Origin: an uncultured Rhodospirillales bacterium
GTDB taxonomy: Bacteria; Pseudomonadota; Alphaproteobacteria; UBA9219; RGZA01
Assembly (NCBI GenBank): GCA_964568585.1
Contig: CAZMQI010000001.1
Span: 103,900-167,899, forward strand
Length of the DNA stretch: 64,000 nucleotides
Direction of reading: 5' to 3'
Each line of letters opens with the position of its first letter. The first letter of the stretch is position 1. Below, in pieces: positions 63,040 through 64,000 of the stretch. The position numbers and the translations under genes are program-made. The notes beneath the pieces are model-generated. The model had not been told where the DNA came from. It did not search any database and saw nothing but the letters and a program-made list of their open reading frames with translations.

Positions 63040-64000
63040 ATGACCACAGTTTACGTCCTACATGAAAACGACCAATGGTTTGACCCCATTCGTAAAGTTT
63101 TGGATGAACGCGGTATCCCCCATGCCAGTATCTTTCTCGATGGCGGTAATATCGATTTAACCCAGCCACCAGCACCGGGCGTATACTTCAACAAGACCAG
63201 CGCATCGTCCTATACGCGCAACCATCCCCATGCTCCTGATTATTCAGCAGCGATTTTGACATGGCTGGAAGTAAATGGCGCACGCGTCATCAACCCATCC
63301 AGCGTATTGCGTTTGGAAATCAGCAAGGCTGACCAATATGTACGCTTGCAAAAAGCGGGCATCAATGTGCCGCGCGCCGTTGCTTGCTTTGGTAAGGCCG
63401 ACATACTCGAGAAAGCAAAAACCTTCAAAGCACCGTTCATCCTGAAGCCAAACCGTGGCGGCAAGGGTATTGGCATCCAACTCATCCAATCCCTTAAGGT
63501 TCTCGAAGATTATTTGGCACATCCCGATTACACCAGTTCCATGGATGATATTATGCTGCTGCAAGAATACATTCAGGCACCACAACCGTTCATCCACCGC
63601 CTTGAATTCATCGGCAGCAAGTTTGTCTACGCCGTGAAGGTGGATACCAGCCAAGGCTTCGAATTATGCCCAGCCGAAGCATGCCGTATCGATACACCAG
63701 CTCCTGCTGGCGAAGTATGTATGACAACATCTGCAGGCGGCCTATTTGAAATCCAGAAAGATTTCCAAGACCCGATTGTTGCTAAACTTGAAACGTTCCT
63801 TGCTGATAACTCCATCAGCGTTGCTGGCGTTGAATTCATTCGTGATGCCGCTGGCAAAACCTATGTCTACGACATCAACACCAACACCAACTACAATCCA
63901 CAAGCCGAAAAAGAAGCCGGCATTTTCGCCATTCAAAAGCTTGCCGATTATCTCGAAGCAGAACTCCGCAAAAGTGCAGAGCAGTCGCTAAAAGCTGCAT
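63040..64000 (+). CDS. RimK-like ATP-grasp ligase (at least 320 aa; stop not inside window; absent from ORF track)
   Basis: AGGAG RBS; MTTVYVLHENDQW, FILKPNRGGKGIG, LLQEYI, FELCPAEAC, YDINTNTNYN. Confidence 0.88.
   Translation, partial: MTTVYVLHENDQWFDPIRKVLDERGIPHASIFLDGGNIDLTQPPAPGVYFNKTSASSYTRNHPHAPDYSAAILTWLEVNGARVINPSSVLRLEISKADQYVRLQKAGINVPRAVACFGKADILEKAKTFKAPFILKPNRGGKGIGIQLIQSLKVLEDYLAHPDYTSSMDDIMLLQEYIQAPQPFIHRLEFIGSKFVYAVKVDTSQGFELCPAEACRIDTPAPAGEVCMTTSAGGLFEIQKDFQDPIVAKLETFLADNSISVAGVEFIRDAAGKTYVYDINTNTNYNPQAEKEAGIFAIQKLADYLEAELRKSAEQSLKAA

Noticed and set aside
63240-63991. Short ORF-track ORFs at the right end
   Set aside because: All overlap the ATP-grasp gene starting at 63040 in other frames or on the other strand.

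Overview
Chromosomal window of an alphaproteobacterium (RegB/RegA pair, SAM-II-type riboswitches, mid-range GC). Left to right: a sulfur block (Rrf2 regulator, sbp-cysT-cysW, trhO, cystathionine beta-synthase and gamma-lyase); two tandem Tat-exported DUF1513-like paralogues; a SOUL heme protein; an orphan two-gene operon; an ABC-F ATPase; an HTH-PIF1-WYL helicase fusion; regBA; a Wzx/Wzy polysaccharide cluster; a 2983-aa filamentous-haemagglutinin two-partner secretion pair; a five-copy DnaA-box-like array; glpDK; alpha-2-macroglobulin with pbpC; a Spy/CpxP protein; and an operon encoding a double gamma-carbonic-anhydrase-like protein plus an ATP-grasp ligase. The most notable feature is a pair of homologous ~250-300 nt leaders about 50 kb apart (about 10430 and 59975). 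Each has a sigma70-like promoter, a SAM-II riboswitch core and a shared covarying extension (three-way junction, TTTCATT motif, further stems, terminator-like hairpin). Both sit in front of large uncharacterised genes rather than methionine/SAM synthesis genes. No rRNA, tRNA, CRISPR array or transposase was recognised. All family assignments come from motif recognition by eye, not database searches.
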